From positions 896,001 to 960,000 of the forward strand of contig NZ_JAQNDL010000001.1 in the NCBI RefSeq assembly GCF_028368995.1: a DNA stretch of 64,000 bases, read 5' to 3'. This document shows, piece after piece, positions 1 through 9,977 of this stretch (position 1 is the first letter of the stretch; every line of letters begins with the position of its first letter). The notes below the pieces were generated by a model. That model was not told where the DNA came from and searched no databases. It was given only the letters and a program-made list of their open reading frames with translations. The position numbers and the translations under genes are program-made. Source of the DNA: Nannocystis bainbridge (GTDB lineage: Bacteria; Myxococcota_A; Polyangia; Nannocystales; Nannocystaceae).

Positions 1-1762
1 CGCGATCGACCCTGTCCGAAAGGTCCTGTGCTGGGGCTCCAACGACCGCGGCGAGTCCGGCCCCGGCGCGGCGCCGATCGTGCGCCCGGCCGCGGTGCCC
101 GGCGCCCCTACCGCCGACGCGATCGCCGTCGGCGAGCCGTTCGCCTGCGCCCTCGCCGACGGCCTCGTCACCTGCTGGGGCCGCGATCCGCTGCGCGACG
201 GCGCCGGCACCGAACCCGCCGAAGTGCCCGCGCTCGCCGGCGCCGTCAGCCTCGCGGCCGGCGTCGACCACCTGTGCGCCGTCGGCCGCGACGATCGCCT
301 CCTGTGCATCGGGACAGGTTCCGAAGGACAGCTCGGTGACGGCCGCCCGCCGGCGATCGAGCCGCCGCGCAGCCCCCACGGGGTCGCCATGGCCCGCCCG
401 CGGCTCGCCGAGGTCGCCGACGTCACTGACGTCGCCGCCGCCGCCGTCGGCGATCAATTCGCCTGCGCGCTCCGGCGCTCCGGCGGCGTCGCCTGCTGGG
501 GCGGCAATCGCGACGGCCAGCTCGGCGACGGCGGCCAGATCCCCCGCGATCGTCCTTCGCCTGTGCGTGACCTCGACGACGCCGTCGAGCTCGTCGCCGG
601 CACCGCGCACGCCTGCGCCCGGCGCACCCGCGGCGACCTGGTGTGCTGGGGCTACAACGAATTCGCCCAGGCTGGCGAGCGCACCACCGCCGCTGCTGCC
701 CCCACCGTGCACGCCCTCGCCGCCGCCGGCCTCGCCGTCGGCGACTCCCACGCCTGCGCCTGGAACGCCGACGGCGCCTGGTGCTGGGGCGACGGGACCT
801 ACGGTCAGCTCGGCGACGGCGCCCGCGACCGCCGCGACGTCCCGACCGCGGTGCCCGGCCTCGGCCGCGTGCGCGAGCTGGTCGTCGGCGCGCGTCACAC
901 CTGTGCTTTGGAACATGGCGGAACAGTCATGTGCTGGGGCGACGACAGCTTCGGCCAGCTGGCCGGTCGCGGCGTCCCGCGGGGCGAGCCGATCGACGAA
1001 CATCGCGGACCGCTGCCGCTGCCGCCGATCGAGGCCCGCAGTCGACCGCGCGCGGGCCCCGTGGCCGGGCTCGCGGACATCGTCGACCTCGCCGTCCACG
1101 AGCACCGCACCTGCGCCCTGCGGCGGGACGGCGCGGTGGTGTGCTGGCACGCCTTCGCCGACCAGCCGCTGGACCACGCGCGCACGATCGCCGGCGCCGT
1201 CGAGATCGCCGTCGGCGCCGCGCACGCATGCACGCGCGACACGACCGGCCGCGTCCGCTGTTGGGGCACCAACCACAGCGGTCGCCTCGGCGACGGCACC
1301 ACCGAGTCCCGCGACGCCGACGTCGCCGTCCGCGGGCTCGACGACGCCGTCGCGCTCGCGGCCGGTCGCCTCCACACCTGCGCCTTGCGGCGCGGCGGCG
1401 ACGTCGTGTGCTGGGGCGACGGTCTGATGGGTCAGCTCGGCGACGGCACGCGGGCAGGTCGCCCGACCCCGACCCGCGTCGCCGAGCTCGGTCGCGTGCG
1501 CGCGATCGCGGCGGGCGAGGACGCCACCTGTTCGATCGGACAGGCGCACGATATCCACTGCTGGGGCGACGGCGCGGCCGCGGGCCGTCGCTTCACGCCC
1601 CAGCGCGTCGACCTCGGCCCCGCATCGCTGCTCGCCGTCGGCGCGCAGACTGCGTGCGCCGGCGAGGGCGAGCGCGTCGTGTGTTGGGGCCAGGCTCTCC
1701 CGCCACCGATCACGCGCACGTGGGACGTCGTCACCACACCGCGCGTGATCGCGCTGCCGTGA
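1..1762 (+). CDS. RCC1-repeat beta-propeller protein (5' end outside window)
   Basis: Many repeats of the type G..H.CA...G.V.CWG.N..GQLGDG. The frame stays open back to position 2 (AIDPVRKVLCWGSNDRG), so the gene starts before the window. Confidence 0.9.
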   Translation, partial: AIDPVRKVLCWGSNDRGESGPGAAPIVRPAAVPGAPTADAIAVGEPFACALADGLVTCWGRDPLRDGAGTEPAEVPALAGAVSLAAGVDHLCAVGRDDRLLCIGTGSEGQLGDGRPPAIEPPRSPHGVAMARPRLAEVADVTDVAAAAVGDQFACALRRSGGVACWGGNRDGQLGDGGQIPRDRPSPVRDLDDAVELVAGTAHACARRTRGDLVCWGYNEFAQAGERTTAAAAPTVHALAAAGLAVGDSHACAWNADGAWCWGDGTYGQLGDGARDRRDVPTAVPGLGRVRELVVGARHTCALEHGGTVMCWGDDSFGQLAGRGVPRGEPIDEHRGPLPLPPIEARSRPRAGPVAGLADIVDLAVHEHRTCALRRDGAVVCWHAFADQPLDHARTIAGAVEIAVGAAHACTRDTTGRVRCWGTNHSGRLGDGTTESRDADVAVRGLDDAVALAAGRLHTCALRRGGDVVCWGDGLMGQLGDGTRAGRPTPTRVAELGRVRAIAAGEDATCSIGQAHDIHCWGDGAAAGRRFTPQRVDLGPASLLAVGAQTACAGEGERVVCWGQALPPPITRTWDVVTTPRVIALP

Positions 1763-1877
1763 GCGCGACGTCGCTGCGGCGCCGACGCGGCGCCGCACCG
1801 GCGCTCGCGCAGCTTGAAAGCCGAAGCGTCGCCGGGCGATAGTCGTGATCGGCTCGACTCTTCGCGCGGTGAAAATT

Positions 1878-3311
1878 ATGGCACGCAAAACTTCTCTCGT
1901 ATGGATGACTTCGCTCGGCCTCGTCGTGGGTTGCGGTGACGACGGCGACGCGACGTCGCAGACCGGCGCCGCCTCCCAGGGCACCATGTCGACTCTGGTG
2001 ACCACGGTCGACACGGTCGCCACCATGGACGGCACCGAATCCGCCACTGGCACCCCGCCGACCACCACCGAGGGCACCATGGGCGCCACCAGCGACAGCT
2101 CGGGCGTGCCGACCTCGACCAGCGAGAGCACCTCGACCGGCATGGTCACGGCGACCATGGGCAGCACCGAGACCGTCACCGACACGCTGGCGACCGACCC
2201 GTCCGAGACGGCGACCTCGAGCACCAGCGACAGCGACAGCGACACGAGCACCACCGTCGACACCACCTCGACGACCTCGACCACCGACACCACGACCACG
2301 ACCACCGGCGACCCGGGCACCACCACCGAGGACACGCCCTGCAACGAGATGCAGGTGACGCTGACCCCGGTCGTGCCGAACGTCATGCTCGTGCTCGACA
2401 AGTCCGGCTCGATGCTGTCGCTGTGGGACCACGACGCCAACGCCAACACCCCGACCGTGAGCCGCTGGTACAGCCTCTACGCCGTCGTCGACCAGGTGCT
2501 CACCAACTTCAACGCCAAGTTCAACTTCGGCATGAACCTGTTCCCCAACAAGCAGGCGGTCGACACCTACGTCGTCGGCGCCTGTCCGGTGAACGGCAAC
2601 GTCGAGGTCCCGGTCGCGCCGTTCAACAAGAACCCGATCCTCAACGCCCTGCCGGCGCAGAACAACAACACCATCAAGGGCGGCACCCCGGCCCAGGCCG
2701 GCGTCCTGGCCGCGCTGACCCACCTCAAGACCCTCGACCCGATGGTCCCGCGGGCGATCATGCTCATCACCGACGGCGCCGCCAACTGCACCACTGGTCT
2801 GCAGCCCCCGCCGCTGTTCGAGAACTACGACCAATCGCTGCACACCCTGGTCGGCAACGCCTGGACGCAGGACACCATCCCGACCTACGTCATCGGCATC
2901 GCCATCGCCAACTCGGTCTCGCCGGTGCAGATGGACGGCAGCCCCGACAGCACCAACCCGTACGTCAAGCTCAACGAGCTGGCGACCCAGGGCGGCACCG
3001 CCAAGCCCGGGCCCGAGAAGTTCTACAGCGCCGACAACCAGGTCGAGCTGCAGGCCGCGCTCAACGCCATCGTCACCGACGCCCAGAGCTGCGTGATCGC
3101 CCTCAACGACGAGCCCGGGTTCCCGCAGTTCACCAAGGTCAAGATCGGCGACGTCGAGGTGCCGAAGATCAATAACTGCGCCAACGAGAACGGCTGGAAG
3201 TACACCGACCCCGCGCCGCCGTACGTCGCCATCGAGCTGTGCGGCACCGCCTGCAACTCGCTCAAGCAGACCGGCGAGGCCGGCGTCGAGTACTACTGCA
3301 AGCCGGCCTGA
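1878..3311 (+). CDS. vWA-domain lipoprotein with Thr/Ser-rich stalk
   Basis: Lipobox LVVGC-GDD; about 140-aa T/S linker; MIDAS motif VLDKSGSM; GGTP and ITDG motifs; C-terminal GWKY..IELCGTAC. Confidence 0.85.
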   Translation: MARKTSLVWMTSLGLVVGCGDDGDATSQTGAASQGTMSTLVTTVDTVATMDGTESATGTPPTTTEGTMGATSDSSGVPTSTSESTSTGMVTATMGSTETVTDTLATDPSETATSSTSDSDSDTSTTVDTTSTTSTTDTTTTTTGDPGTTTEDTPCNEMQVTLTPVVPNVMLVLDKSGSMLSLWDHDANANTPTVSRWYSLYAVVDQVLTNFNAKFNFGMNLFPNKQAVDTYVVGACPVNGNVEVPVAPFNKNPILNALPAQNNNTIKGGTPAQAGVLAALTHLKTLDPMVPRAIMLITDGAANCTTGLQPPPLFENYDQSLHTLVGNAWTQDTIPTYVIGIAIANSVSPVQMDGSPDSTNPYVKLNELATQGGTAKPGPEKFYSADNQVELQAALNAIVTDAQSCVIALNDEPGFPQFTKVKIGDVEVPKINNCANENGWKYTDPAPPYVAIELCGTACNSLKQTGEAGVEYYCKPA

Positions 3312-3351
3312 TGGGCTCGGTGCATTCGCCCGATCGCCAGCGGCGGTCGGT

Positions 3352-3564
3352 GCGGCCATTCGCGGGGGCGCTCGTCGATCGCGGGCGCCCCGGTCGGCGC
3401 GGCCATTGGCGCGAGGCGCTCGTCGAATGCGGAGCGCCCCTGTCGGCGCGGCCATTGGCGTGAGCGCCCCTATCGGCGCACGAGGACGCCAGCCGGCGGG
3501 CCGGACGTGCGGGGCTGCGCGCCGCATTGCGCGGCCCCGGCTGCGCGCCGCATTGCGCGGTCCA
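3352..3564. repeat. Imperfect intergenic tandem repeats
   Basis: Units starting GCGGCCATT at 3352, 3399 and 3448 (47-49 bp period, third unit shortened), then a 26-bp near-perfect direct repeat GGCTGCGCGCCGCATTGCGCGG.. at 3513 and 3539. Confidence 0.75.
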
Positions 3565-3648
3565 GGCGAGCGGACGCAGCTCCCGAGCGAGGTGCTCGCG
3601 CGCGCGGCATGATTGCTGAGTAGCGCGGCCCCTGGTAGGGTGGCTGAA

Positions 3649-5751
3649 ATGCGTTACATCCGTCCCGATGTCGTGGCTCTCGTGTCGTGCGCCGTGTTGC
3701 TCGCGGCCTGCGGCGACGATCAGCCGGTCACTTCCACTGATACTACCCCGCAGATCACGTCCGCGACCAACCAGACCACCAACCAGGTCTCGTCGACCAG
3801 CGGCCCGCAGGACACCGATCCGACCACCGGCACGCCGACCGAGCCCGGCACCAGCTCGCTCGGCACCGAGTCGAACGGCACCGACACCACCGGCACGCCC
3901 GGGACCTCGACCACCGATCCCGGCGGCACCGACACCGACACGACCGGGCCCGACCCGAGCACCACGACCACCGATCCCGGGACCTCGACGATGACGATGC
4001 CGTGCGAGGAGGCGAACTGTCCCATGGGCCAGTTCTGCGATCCCGTCAGCGATCAGTGCATCCCCGGCTGCAACGACGACTCCGACTGCAACGCCCCCTC
4101 CAAGTGCGACGTCGGCAGCAACACCTGTAAGGGCTGCCTCGGCGACGGCGACTGTCCGCTCGGCACCGTGTGCGACGCCGGCGAGTGCACGCCCGGCTGC
4201 AACGACATGCAGCCGTGCCAGGACGGCCTCGCCTGCTGCAGCAACACCTGCCTCGACCTGCTGGTCGACGTCGACAACTGTCAGGCCTGCGGCAACGTCT
4301 GCCCGGTCCCGCCGAACGCCGCGGCGACCTGCGCGATGGGCCAGTGCGGACTCGGGGCCTGCAAGGCGCCGTGGAACGACTGTGACAAGGACCCGGCCAA
4401 CGGCTGCGAGAACCAGGGCCAGTGTCAGTGCACCCCGGGCGCGCAGATGGCCTGCTACACCGGCCCGAACGGGACGCAGGGCGTCGGCATCTGCAAGGAG
4501 GGCGTGCAGACCTGCAACCCGCAGGGCACCGGCTTCGGCCCGTGCACCGGCGAGGTCACGCCCAACCCGACCGAGATCTGCGCCAACAACCTCGACGACA
4601 ACTGCAACGGCCAGACCGACGAGGACTCCGACAAGGACGGCGACGGCTACACCGTGTGCGGCGGCGACTGCTGCGACGAGGTCGGCCCCAGCTGCCTCAA
4701 CCCCGTGCTCGTCAACCCGGGCGCGTTCGAGGTCGGCGGCAACATGGTCGACGACGACTGCGACGGCACCAAGGACAACCCGGTCGCCTCGTGCGACGGC
4801 GGCCTCGCCAGCAACTCCGGCACCCCGATCGACTACGCCAAGGCGATCGACCTGTGCCAGACCACGACCGAGAACCCGCCGCAGAACCAGAAGAAGTGGG
4901 GCGTCATCTCGGGCACGCTCACCCGCGCCGACGGGTCCGGTGCGATCGACGCCCAGGCCCGGTCGATCCGTCCCGGCTTCGGCACCAACGTGGTCCCGCA
5001 GCAGAACGCTCGCCTGGCGATCCTCTCGACCGGCAACGCCGCCGACTCGAACGATGCCAACCCGCCCTACGCCGACTTCCAGACCGGCAAGGACAACGGC
5101 GCCAACAGTGCCGCGCCGGCCGACTGGCTGGCGGCCAACGGCGGCAACTTCCCCAACGCCCCGGGCTGCCCGGGCGCCGGCAGCAACGCGGCCAACAACA
5201 GCGCGATGCTGAAGCTGCGCGTCCGCGTGCCCACCAACGCCAAGTCGTTCAACGTGCAGATGTACTTCTACTCGGCCGAGTGGCCCGAGTGGACCTGCAC
5301 CGCTTACAACGACATGTTCGTGACGCTCGTCAACTCGAACGCCGCCGGCAACCCGGCCGACCGCAACATCGCCATCTACACCACGCCGAACAACCAGAAG
5401 TACCCGGTCGGCGTCAACCTGGTGAAGGCCGCCACCGGCCTGTTCACGCAGTGCAAGAACGGCACGTTCGGCTGCAGCGGCGGCAACGGCGGCAACTACA
5501 ACGGCTGCCTGAGCCAGGCCGGGCTCGCCGGCACCGGCTTCGACATCCTCGAGGGCGGCTGCGGCAACAACAACACCACCGGCGGCGGCACCGGCTGGCT
5601 CAAGATGGCGGGCAACGTCAACGGCGGCGAGGTCATGGAGATCCGGTTCGCCATCTGGGACACCGCCGACGGCGTCTACGACTCGCTGGTCCTGCTCGAC
5701 GACTTTGTGTGGTCGGTCCAGGCCTCGCAGCCCGGCGTGCAGCCCAACTGA
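3649..5751 (+). CDS. Cys-rich surface lipoprotein with MopE-like metal-binding repeats and C-terminal beta domain (choice-of-anchor L-like)
   Basis: Lipobox LLAAC-GDD; T-rich stalk; many Cys modules; EIC..LDDNCNGQTDE and DDDCDG motifs; C-terminal FYSAEWPE...FAIWD.AD..YDS. Confidence 0.8.
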   Translation: MRYIRPDVVALVSCAVLLAACGDDQPVTSTDTTPQITSATNQTTNQVSSTSGPQDTDPTTGTPTEPGTSSLGTESNGTDTTGTPGTSTTDPGGTDTDTTGPDPSTTTTDPGTSTMTMPCEEANCPMGQFCDPVSDQCIPGCNDDSDCNAPSKCDVGSNTCKGCLGDGDCPLGTVCDAGECTPGCNDMQPCQDGLACCSNTCLDLLVDVDNCQACGNVCPVPPNAAATCAMGQCGLGACKAPWNDCDKDPANGCENQGQCQCTPGAQMACYTGPNGTQGVGICKEGVQTCNPQGTGFGPCTGEVTPNPTEICANNLDDNCNGQTDEDSDKDGDGYTVCGGDCCDEVGPSCLNPVLVNPGAFEVGGNMVDDDCDGTKDNPVASCDGGLASNSGTPIDYAKAIDLCQTTTENPPQNQKKWGVISGTLTRADGSGAIDAQARSIRPGFGTNVVPQQNARLAILSTGNAADSNDANPPYADFQTGKDNGANSAAPADWLAANGGNFPNAPGCPGAGSNAANNSAMLKLRVRVPTNAKSFNVQMYFYSAEWPEWTCTAYNDMFVTLVNSNAAGNPADRNIAIYTTPNNQKYPVGVNLVKAATGLFTQCKNGTFGCSGGNGGNYNGCLSQAGLAGTGFDILEGGCGNNNTTGGGTGWLKMAGNVNGGEVMEIRFAIWDTADGVYDSLVLLDDFVWSVQASQPGVQPN

Positions 5752-5796
5752 CGCCGGCTCGACAGGCGCGGCGATCGTGATACGTTCGCGCTCGCC

Positions 5797-6576
5797 GTGC
5801 CCGACCTGCCCCGAATCACCATCCTGGGCGCCGGCCGCGTCGGCGGCGCCCTCGCTGCGCAGAGCCCGATCCCCGCCGACCTCGTCACCCGCGAGGCCGG
5901 CTGGGAGGCCCTGGACGGCCCCGCGGGCGCGCCCGTGGTCGTCGCCGTCGACAACGCCGGCCTCGACGCGGCGCTCGCCCGCGTCCCGGCCGCGCGCCGG
6001 CCCGACCTGGTGTTCGTGCAGAACGGGGTGCTCGAGCCGTGGCTGTTCGAACATGGCCTTCAGGACAGCACCCGCGCCCTGCTCTACTTCGCCGTGCCGC
6101 GCCGCGGCGCCGCGATCGAGCCCGGCGGCACCAGCGTGCTGACCGGGCCGCACGCCGAGGCGCTGGCGACCTGGATGCGGGCGATGGACCTGCCGGTCGA
6201 GGTCGTCGCCCGCGAGGCGTTCACCGCGGCGATGCTCGAGAAGCTGATCTGGAACAGCGCGTTCGGCCTCCTGTGCCAGCGGTTCGACTGCAGCGTCGGC
6301 GAGGTGCTGGAGCGCCACGACGAGACCCTCGCCGCCCTCGTCCACGAGCTGCTCGCCGTCGGCCGCGCCGCCCTTGGCGTCGAGCTCGCGGCCGCCCCGC
6401 TGCTGCAGCGCCTGCGCGCCTACTCGCGCGCCATCCCGACGTACCGCGGCGCCGTCAAGGACTGGCGGTGGCGCAATGGCTGGTTCGTCGCCGCCGCGGC
6501 CGAGCACGCGATCGCCACGCCGACGCACCTCGCCCTGCTGCGCGAGGCCGGCGTCGACATGGCCCCAAAGACATGA
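5797..6576 (+). CDS. Ketopantoate reductase-like oxidoreductase
   Basis: N-terminal ILGAGRVGGAL Rossmann motif; FVQNG; EKLIWN; NGWF. Confidence 0.65.
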   Translation: MPDLPRITILGAGRVGGALAAQSPIPADLVTREAGWEALDGPAGAPVVVAVDNAGLDAALARVPAARRPDLVFVQNGVLEPWLFEHGLQDSTRALLYFAVPRRGAAIEPGGTSVLTGPHAEALATWMRAMDLPVEVVAREAFTAAMLEKLIWNSAFGLLCQRFDCSVGEVLERHDETLAALVHELLAVGRAALGVELAAAPLLQRLRAYSRAIPTYRGAVKDWRWRNGWFVAAAAEHAIATPTHLALLREAGVDMAPKT

Positions 6577-6630
6577 CCTAAAGGACGGGTGGCTGCGCCG
6601 CGCTCCCGGCGTGTCCCGCGATTCATCAGT

Positions 6631-6666
6631 CGCAGTCAATCTGTCCCGCGAGACAGATTGACCGCG
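6631..6666. terminator. Hairpin between convergent genes
   Basis: GTCAATCTGTC-ccgcga-GACAGATTGAC is a perfect 11-bp stem. Its centre is a TGTCC-N4-AGACA copy of the iterated motif. Confidence 0.55.
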
Positions 6667-6675
6667 AGCGCCGGC

Positions 6676-8916
6676 TCAACCGCCGAGCGCGATCGTCAGC
6701 GCGTGGCGCACCGGCGCGCCGGCGAACTGCAGCGATGTCACTGCCTCGCGGATGCAGCGGTCGAGCGGGTGCCGCTCGTCGACCGAGACGTGCTGGACCT
6801 CGAGCAGGCGCGTCGGCCCGCCGACCTCGAGCGACAGCACCAGCCGCCTCGGCGCCCCCGGACACGCGCGCAGGCGCGGCGCCAGGGCCTCGACCGCGGC
6901 CACCACCTCGGCCCGCGTCGGCCCCGGTTTCGGCGTCACGGCCGGCGACGGGGCGACCGCCGGCGGCGCGGCGCTGGTCGGCGGGTCCGGGCTCGCCGGC
7001 GGCGTCGAACCTGTCCACAAGGACATGGCGAAGAAGCCAGCCACGGCGAGCGCCGCCGCCCCGAGCCCCAGCCCCCAGCCCAGGCGGGCGCCGCCGGCTC
7101 GCCTCGCGGGTGTCCTCGAGGACATGTCCCTCCAGGCAGCCGCGGACGCGGCCACCGGTGCGGCCGCGCGCGGCCGCGAGCCCGTCGCCGCCGCCCCGGG
7201 CGCCCGCTCGCCGCGATCGCTGTGGAGGCTGCGCAGCGCGTCGCGCTCGGCGCGGAGCAGCTCGAGCAGGCCCGTCATCGAGCCGACCCGCTGCTCGGGG
7301 TCCTGGGCCAGGATGTCCTGGAAGTCCGCCGCCAGGAACGTGTCCTCGAGCTGCGGCGCGGCGACGACCACGTGCTCGCGCAGGCGCTCGGCGCCCTCGC
7401 CGGGCTCGGCCGCCAGCAGCTCGCGGATCACCGCGTTGGGCATCTGCGCCCCCGTGATCAGCATGAACAGCACCGCGCCGAGCGAGTAGACGTCGCTGCG
7501 CTCCGACTTGGCGCCGCCGGTGAACAGCTCGGGCGCGGCGAAGGCCGGGTGGCCGTACGCGCGGCCGTCGTCGCCGCGGTGGCGGGGCGTCGGCGCGTAG
7601 CGCTGGTCGGTCGCGGCGTAGAACGCGTCGAGGAAGCGGCACTCGCTGAGGTCGATGATGCGCGGCCGCGGCGGCAGGCTGCGCTCGAGCATCAGGTTGG
7701 TGAAGCTGATGTCGCCGTGGAGGATGCCGCGCGCGTGCGCGTCGTGCAGCGCCTCGGCCAGCTCGATCACCAGCTCGACCGCCGCCAACGGGTCCATCGG
7801 CCCGCGCTGGATCGTGCGCGCCAGCGGCTCGCCGTCGATCAGCTCCTCGACCAGGTACCACGAGCCGTCGTCGTTGTAGTCGCACTCGTAGATCCGCGGG
7901 AAGGCGCGATGGCTCAGCTTGTCGAGCGCCATCGCCTCGCGGCACAGATCGGCCAGCACCGGGGTGCGGGCCAGCGCGCGCGGCAAGATCTTGACCGCGA
8001 CGTCGCGCCCGAGGATGTGGTGATGCGCGCGCCAGGTCTGCCCGCACTTGCCCTGCCCGAGCAGCGTGCGCAGCTCGAGCCGGCGCGCGTACAGCCGCGG
8101 CGGCGCCGTGGCGCTGCAGCGGGTGTCGCCGGCGTCGCTGCAGCCCGGCTGTTCGAGCGGCGCCGGCGTCAGGTCCGGCGCCAGCGGCCACACCTGCGGC
8201 TCGGGCAGCAGCACCGGCTGCGTCGCCGCCAGCTTGTGCGGCCACACCTCCATGCCCGCGGCCAGCCAGGCCGCGCGCAGCTCGTCGGCGCGCAGCTGCG
8301 GGTGACCCTCGACGTCGGCCGCGAGACCGAGCACGCGGCGCAGCGGCTCGGGCACCGGCTCGGCCGGATCGTCGCGGTCCATCAGCGCCTTGAGCGTGCG
8401 CCCGAGCTGGGCCAGATCGGCGCGCGACGAGCGGGCCCCGCTCGCCTCGTCCGCATCGGTCTGCGGCGCCGTCAGCAGGCGCGCCACGCCGGCGTCGCTC
8501 CAGCGGATGTTGCGGGCCGTGACCGCCCCGTGGGCGAGCCCGTGCTCGTGCAGGCACATCAGCGCCTCGGCGATCTGCAGCCCGACCTGCCACGACGTGT
8601 CGATCGCCAGCGGCGCCTGCGTCCACCGCTGCGCCAGCGACACGCCGCCCTCGTCCTCGCGCACGAAGTACGGGTGACCGTCGCCGCCGACCCCGTGATC
8701 GACGACCGGGGCGATGTACGCGTGGCGCAGCGCCGCCAGCAGCTTGGCCTCGCGCCCGAACCGCTCGGCCGCCGCGGCCCCGAGCGCGTGCTGCAGCGAC
8801 ACCACCTGCACCCGCGTCCGCTCGCGCTCGTCGTGCGCCACGTACACGCTGCGCCCCGGCTCCTCGTCGATCCGCTCGACCAGGCGGAACCGCGGCGAAT
8901 CGGGCGCGACGGACAT
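6676..8916 (-). CDS. Membrane Ser/Thr protein kinase with tandem pseudokinase + kinase domains
   Basis: Domain 1 has RFGREAKLL but lacks VAVK and HRD. Domain 2 has GQGKCG, VAVKIL, HGDISFTN, APE and SDVYSLG. A TM helix, Pro-rich linker and small Cys-pair C-terminal domain follow. Confidence 0.85.
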   Translation of the reverse strand: MSVAPDSPRFRLVERIDEEPGRSVYVAHDERERTRVQVVSLQHALGAAAAERFGREAKLLAALRHAYIAPVVDHGVGGDGHPYFVREDEGGVSLAQRWTQAPLAIDTSWQVGLQIAEALMCLHEHGLAHGAVTARNIRWSDAGVARLLTAPQTDADEASGARSSRADLAQLGRTLKALMDRDDPAEPVPEPLRRVLGLAADVEGHPQLRADELRAAWLAAGMEVWPHKLAATQPVLLPEPQVWPLAPDLTPAPLEQPGCSDAGDTRCSATAPPRLYARRLELRTLLGQGKCGQTWRAHHHILGRDVAVKILPRALARTPVLADLCREAMALDKLSHRAFPRIYECDYNDDGSWYLVEELIDGEPLARTIQRGPMDPLAAVELVIELAEALHDAHARGILHGDISFTNLMLERSLPPRPRIIDLSECRFLDAFYAATDQRYAPTPRHRGDDGRAYGHPAFAAPELFTGGAKSERSDVYSLGAVLFMLITGAQMPNAVIRELLAAEPGEGAERLREHVVVAAPQLEDTFLAADFQDILAQDPEQRVGSMTGLLELLRAERDALRSLHSDRGERAPGAAATGSRPRAAAPVAASAAAWRDMSSRTPARRAGGARLGWGLGLGAAALAVAGFFAMSLWTGSTPPASPDPPTSAAPPAVAPSPAVTPKPGPTRAEVVAAVEALAPRLRACPGAPRRLVLSLEVGGPTRLLEVQHVSVDERHPLDRCIREAVTSLQFAGAPVRHALTIALGG

Positions 8917-9020
8917 CCCCGGAGCGTGCCCGGTCGGACCCGCGAACGCAATTGCCGGCGCGCGGCGGCCGCTGTGTTGCGTCGCCGCGTGGCGAGGTTG
9001 TGGTATGTCTTCGGGGCGCG

Positions 9021-9977
9021 ATGAATCCTTGCCTGTGCATCGTCCTGGCCGCCCAGATCGCCGCAGGCCCGGCCCCCACGGCGTCGTCGCCTTCGTTTGG
9101 CCAGCTCGAGCGGCGCATGCAAGAGCTCGTCGAACAGGAGAGGTTCGAAGAGCTTGCGCGCGACGGCGAGTCGGCGTTCGCGCGGGTCGACCTGGAGCCG
9201 TGGCAGCGCCGCGAGCTCGCCTTCTACGCGCTGCGCGGCTACCACCGGGTGTTCGCCGCCACCGGTCAGCCCGCGGGTCTGTGCCGGGCTCGCAATTTGT
9301 TGCGTCGCGTCGAGCGAGAGGTCGGCCTCGGCGAGGACGCGGCGATCGCCGCCCGCCTGCGCGACGTCACCGAGACCGACCTCGCCAGGCAGGGCCCCAA
9401 GGATCCCTGCGGCAAGCCGCGACCTGCTGCCGCCAGCGCCCCGCCGACGACGCCGGCCCAGCTGTTGCCGGTGCAGCGCAAGCCGGCCCCCCCGCCCGCG
9501 GTCGACGACGGCCAGCCGCCGCTGCTCGCCGTCTCGCGGACAAAACCCGCCAGCGCGCCCGCGACTGCGCCCACGCGGCCGACCCCCGATGTGCCGCCGG
9601 CCCAGCCCGACCCGGCCCCGAGCCCGCGCAACCGGATCCTCGCCGGCAGCCTGCTGCTGGTCGCCGGCCTCGGCCTCGGCGCCGGCACGGCGGTGATGCT
9701 GCTGCGCCGCAGCGAGGCCAACGGCGAGATCGTCGAGATCGGCGAGACCGTGTCCGCCCAGAATCGATGGCCCACCGACGCTGAGCTCGCGCGCGCCAAC
9801 CACCTCGCCGACGTCTACCGCGACCTCACGCCCGCGGCCGGCGTCACCGGGGCGGTGGCCAGCATCGCGGCCGTCACTGGCGTGGTGCTGCTGGCCGTCC
9901 CGCAGCGCCGACGCGCCACCGCCCGCGTGTCGGCGAGCCCGTGGTCGGCGATGCTGACCATCACCGGCCGGTTCTGA
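9021..9977 (+). CDS. Hypothetical exported/membrane protein, divergent from the kinase
   Basis: Signal-like N-terminus, helical domain, Pro-rich linker, two hydrophobic segments, C-terminal ITGRF. Confidence 0.7.
   Translation: MNPCLCIVLAAQIAAGPAPTASSPSFGQLERRMQELVEQERFEELARDGESAFARVDLEPWQRRELAFYALRGYHRVFAATGQPAGLCRARNLLRRVEREVGLGEDAAIAARLRDVTETDLARQGPKDPCGKPRPAAASAPPTTPAQLLPVQRKPAPPPAVDDGQPPLLAVSRTKPASAPATAPTRPTPDVPPAQPDPAPSPRNRILAGSLLLVAGLGLGAGTAVMLLRRSEANGEIVEIGETVSAQNRWPTDAELARANHLADVYRDLTPAAGVTGAVASIAAVTGVVLLAVPQRRRATARVSASPWSAMLTITGRF

Noticed and set aside
3262-6639. Very long alternative-frame or antisense ORFs (also 41140-44187, 51315-54386, 36226-38652 and others)
   Set aside because: These are shadow ORFs of high-GC genes: Arg/Gly/Ala-rich, without motifs, and overlapping well-supported CDSs.
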